Shown here: piece after piece, positions 10,885 to 14,565 of the stretch
Numbering within the stretch: position 1 is the stretch's first letter
Layout of the letters: each line of letters opens with the position of its first letter
NCBI GenBank assembly: GCA_905330535.1
Contig: CAJNVN010000141.1
Coordinates: 144,746-159,310 of the forward strand
DNA length: 14,565 bases
Direction of reading: 5' to 3'
Source: Rotaria sp.
Lineage: Eukaryota
Position numbers and translations under genes: made by a program
Notes under the pieces: model-generated
Databases searched by the model: none
Told to the model about the DNA's origin: nothing
The model's input: only the letters and a program-made list of their open reading frames with translations

Positions 10885-11194
10885 TATGTGAAATTTAGGT
10901 ATATAAAAACGGATGATCATAAAAACTATTGATACCTTTGTTTTTCTTAGAATTTTTTTTTTCATTCTATTAGCTTCTCGAACCTTTCTTGTGTATATCA
11001 GATACATTCGATCTGCACTGATTCTAATGTTATCTAAAAGTTTAATCATATACGTAAATCTGTAAGTTTTGTTTTCTGTGCTTAAAGCGAGTTCGATTTA
11101 TTCCGTACACACTTGGTACAATGTATATCAGAGACATTTGAAAACAAACAAAAATAACGCGAAACGGATGAGAAGAGAAAACGAGAAATAGATG

Positions 11195-11366
11195 GGTGTG
11201 GACGTGGATGTGAGTGTGGGTATAGATATGGGTTTGTAGTCGTTTCAGTTCTTCTTTACCCACACTCGGATCCACATTCACACCTCCACACACCAAAACG
11301 CGCACACCCACACCAACATCAGCACCCTGAAAGCACACACGCCACACCCAGGCCCACACTCACACT
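11195..11366. repeat. Degenerate telomere-like G-rich block followed by C-rich block; contains a 26-bp imperfect inverted repeat (11195..11220 / 11259..11284)
   Basis: ggtgtggacgtggatgtgagtgtggg versus the reverse complement of the right arm, ggtgtgaatgtggatccgagtgtggg (22/26). Confidence 0.7.
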
Positions 11367-11451
11367 ATACAATGAAATGGCATCTTGTGTAGATAAAAAC
11401 CTTCTAAATGGCAGAAACTCATTTACATGTTCCGAAAAAGACTTTGAATAT

Positions 11452-13687
11452 TCATTCTGAAGAACTTGGTTTGATTGTGACTTTCTGAAGTTTTCGTTTT
11501 GTTTCTTTTAAATTTTGTTGATACATTGATAAATACGATTGTTCAAAGGAAGGTAATTGTAATGCCATTTCGTAAGCCTTTGTGAATTTTTCTAAAGCTT
11601 TTTTCGTAGTTTCCTTGATTAAAATATACTGCACCACAATTATTATACGTATGAGCAACCTGAAAACTTTTTGACTCCAATATAGTTGTAAAACTTAATG
11701 CATTTTCAAACATATCGATGGCTAAGTAGTTTTTTCCTAGATGAGTATAGCTTGATGCTAAATTACCGAAGTCTATAAGCAGATCCGGATGACCCTTGGG
11801 TAATATATTTTTATTTATTTCCAATGATTTTTCCAGATATTTTATTGCTCTTGACCAATTCGACTTATTATAATATAAACCACCAAGTTTTGAAAGAACT
11901 GTTGCTGTTTGCGAATGATTTGCTGGTAATGATTGATTGCATATTTCGAGTGATTTCTCATAGAAAATCGAAGCTTGTTCATCATTACCAATCTGTTCAA
12001 AACAATGACCAATATTATAAAATAACATCACATAGCTGGGATGAACGATTGGTAAACACTTCTGTTTGAATTCAAGCGCTTTATTCAGATAACAAAGAGC
12101 GCGTTCATAATTGCCGATTTTGATGAACAATACGCCAAGATTACTAATTATGTCAGTAATGCATTCAAGCGTTTTTGGATGATTATCAATCTGAAGTAGC
12201 TGAAAGTGAATCTGAAGTCCTGTTTCATAGTAATCTACCGCTTTTCGAGTTGCACCCATTTGAGCATAAACACCAGCAATATTATTATATGACATGGCGG
12301 TATGCGGATGAATTTCGGATAAAATTCTTTTATTTATATTCATTGATTTTTCATAAGCATTCAATGCTTCTTCGTACTTGTATTCATCTTTGGCCATTAC
12401 ACCAAGGTTATTATAAATAGATGAAACTTCAACACTATCCTCTAAAGAACTTTGTAGTATAAGATTATAATAGCGTTTTGCTTTTTCCATTTCTCCCATA
12501 TCTTGTAAAATTCTTCCTAAAACCACTACCGTTTCTTTTTCTCTCAGTGTCATTTTTTGATAATCAATAAGTTCAATTAAGCGTTTATCTTCTTGTTCCG
12601 TAAATGTGAGTTTTACAATCCATACGTTATCTTCAATATCAACAGAGACAATTCGAAATATTGTACCCATCGATAGAAGGATTTCGTTTTCATCCTTCAT
12701 ATAACTATGTCTGCTAACATCAGCAAACGGTTTGGATTTATGACAGAGAGTTGTATCAATAGTCATTACAAATAGAACAGAACGTTGGCATGCTGGCCGA
12801 GTTGTACCATCACCAGCGAATATTGAAGCCACTTCTTTACAAGTGGTTGTCGATAAAAACGTATTCATAGATATTAACTGACCAATATTTTCTTTCAAAT
12901 GTTCTAATTCGGTTAAACCTAGACTTTGACCACGATAAAGAATTAAAGTTGATGGAAAACGTTGTGCGGTGTATAAAGTGAGTAGTTGTTGATAGAGGTC
13001 GACAATAAAAAAGCGAAATTTAAATATATTATCAATATCTTCTGTTCGAAATGCTTGATTCATTAGACGAAAAAGAAAACAATTCCGTGTGTACCAGAAA
13101 ATAGCATTTTGCGATTCGTAACATGTATTAAATTCAGTGATTTTTTCTTGTTCACTTTCGTTTTCGTCATAGCTTTTTCGACTGAGGTCTATTAAATCAG
13201 CTTTCGCACTTTCAGTTGAGGATGGTATCCGTATTAGTACATCAATCAATAATTGATACCAAATAAATAAGGCATTTCCACTTGTCGTTAAATTACGTAT
13301 TGATTTTTCTTGGCTATTCGAAAATATTGATAGAGGTAATATATCGTTTGGACTGCTATTGATTAACTCATCAATAGGCATTTGATGGCTGTGATCATAC
13401 GAAAAACATAGTTTGTTAGCATCTTGAATATGAACACTACTCCCATGGGCATAGATTTTTTCAATTTGTTCCAATCCATAAACTAGAGGAATAAGATAAT
13501 CAACGAAGACACCTGATATTATTAAATAAAACTTATCTTCAAGTCTCGATGTTATATAATCTATACATTTGTCAGCATCATCAAAAAGTTTCCATTCTTT
13601 CGTGAAATATCGATTTCTCGCTGTCCATTCATTGGCATAATAGAAAATATTGAGATCAAGCCATACGGTAATCAACTTGCTCTCCAT
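11452..13687 (-). CDS. ADP-ribosyltransferase-like (R-S-ExE) protein with C-terminal kinesin-light-chain-type TPR array; frame interrupted by an apparent 1-nt insertion at 11599..11604
   Basis: The 714-aa ORF (11543..13687) contains LYRGQS (Arg codon 12932..12934), ISMNTFLSTTT, and DENEILLSMGT (the E-N-E ExE codons at 12683..12691), followed by TPRs such as YNNLGVMAKDEYKYEEALNAYEKSMNINKRILSEIHPHTAMSYNNIAGVYAQMG. After NQGNYEK the TPR continues in the next frame as ALEKFTKAYEMALQLPSFEQSYLSMYQQNLKETKRKLQKVTIKPSSSE*. Deleting one A of GAAAAAAGC gives 2235 nt, or 744 aa plus stop. Confidence 0.85.
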
Positions 13688-13831
13688 TCAATCAAAAAGT
13701 GCGCAGACAAACCGTTTCTTGCAAGAAAACAGGACGCAAATGAGTTTTACACATTTTATAATAGAAGAAAGTAAAAACAACACAAACGTACAGTTGACAA
13801 AAGCATTATTCAAAGCATCGCGACACTTTCT

Positions 13832-14021
13832 CCACTACTACTATGGCTAAAAAAATAAACAGCCTCGATCATGTGAGCAAACAATTATAACTGGCATGAG
13901 AAAATAGTGAATCAATCATAAAAGTAAAACCATTGTACATTTCTAGTTTTATTCATTTTAACAATGCCGAGGATGACGAATCTTGTTGAATTTCAAATCC
14001 AAATCCAAATATTTGCACTCA
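13832..14021 (+). repeat. Left arm of a 190-bp inverted repeat
   Basis: ccactactactatggctaaaaaaataaacagcctcgatcatg...ccaaatccaaatatttgcactca is the reverse complement of 14376..14565; no mismatch was found by manual comparison. Confidence 0.95.
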
Positions 14022-14305
14022 GTCCATATTAACCCTTTCAGTCCCAAATTATTTCTGCTGGTTCCAATTCAAGTAGACTGTTAGATTAGCTCATTTTACA
14101 CACAAACACATGAACGACTATATATCTCCTTTACAGATAGTTGGAGCAGATTATAGAACACTCTTTATTACATCTTTCCCAGAGAAAGAATTTAATAGCA
14201 ATTGCAGCAGCTTTAAATTTCATTCTTATTTATTTTAAATTTTATTTCAAATTAATAAAAGATTTATTTATATTTAATTCAATAATAGCTTATTTAATAA
14301 ATTTA

Positions 14306-14375
14306 GGGTGTGGGTGTGGATGTGGATGTGGGTGGGTGGATGTGGGGTGTGGGTGTAAGTTTGGGTGGGTGTTGG
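14306..14375 (+). repeat. Degenerate telomere-like G-rich tract, immediately inside the right arm of the inverted repeat
   Basis: gggtgtgggtgtggatgtggatgtgggtgggtggatgtggggtgtgggtgtaagtttgggtgggtgttggtg. Confidence 0.8.
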
Positions 14376-14565
14376 TGAGTGCAAATATTTGGATTTGGAT
14401 TTGAAATTCAACAAGATTCGTCATCCTCGGCATTGTTAAAATGAATAAAACTAGAAATGTACAATGGTTTTACTTTTATGATTGATTCACTATTTTCTCA
14501 TGCCAGTTATAATTGTTTGCTCACATGATCGAGGCTGTTTATTTTTTTAGCCATAGTAGTAGTGG
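14376..14565 (-). repeat. Right arm of the 190-bp inverted repeat (runs off the window end)
   Basis: tgagtgcaaatatttggatttggatttgaaattcaacaagattcg...gctgtttatttttttagccatagtagtagtgg, inverted copy of 13832..14021. Confidence 0.95.

Noticed and set aside
10632-11359. ORFs 10632..10880, 10795..11049 and 11042..11359 on the minus strand
   Set aside because: Each runs through telomere-like low-complexity DNA, shows no recognisable domain and overlaps others in different frames. They could contain a small real exon but nothing supports it.

Overview
This is an AT-rich eukaryotic window. Its features point to a bdelloid-rotifer-like genome (inference only, no search was run): TGTGGG-type hexanucleotide tracts and an ART-TPR fusion gene. 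(1) The one strong coding locus is minus-strand 13687..11452. It encodes an unclassified N-terminal region, an R-S-ExE ADP-ribosyltransferase-like domain, and about 8 kinesin-light-chain-type TPRs. A single +1 slip in an A6 run splits the frame; removing one base gives a 744-aa ORF. (2) The last exon of a hAT-family transposase lies at 8726..9211, with an in-frame TAG inside the hATC motif. (3) A short TIR/hairpin element at 9569..9753 has hAT-like CAGGGRTG/CACCCCT termini. (4) Several interstitial telomere-like (TGTGGG)n tracts occur. At four loci a G-rich block is followed by a C-rich block on the + strand, which is the telomere-fusion orientation. A fifth G-rich tract sits inside a long inverted repeat. 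(5) There is a 190-bp inverted repeat with no mismatch found by eye (13832..14021 / 14376..14565) that runs to the window edge. (6) A degenerate minisatellite of about 47 bp adjoins the largest telomere-like block. (7) A diverged dispersed repeat family has at least three copies at about 2.4, 3.7 and 4.7 kb. (8) A candidate two-exon gene, missed by the ORF track, lies at 1130..869 on the minus strand and predicts a 66-aa secreted peptide. The rest of 1..7900 looks largely non-coding. No convincing tRNA, rRNA or CRISPR was seen.
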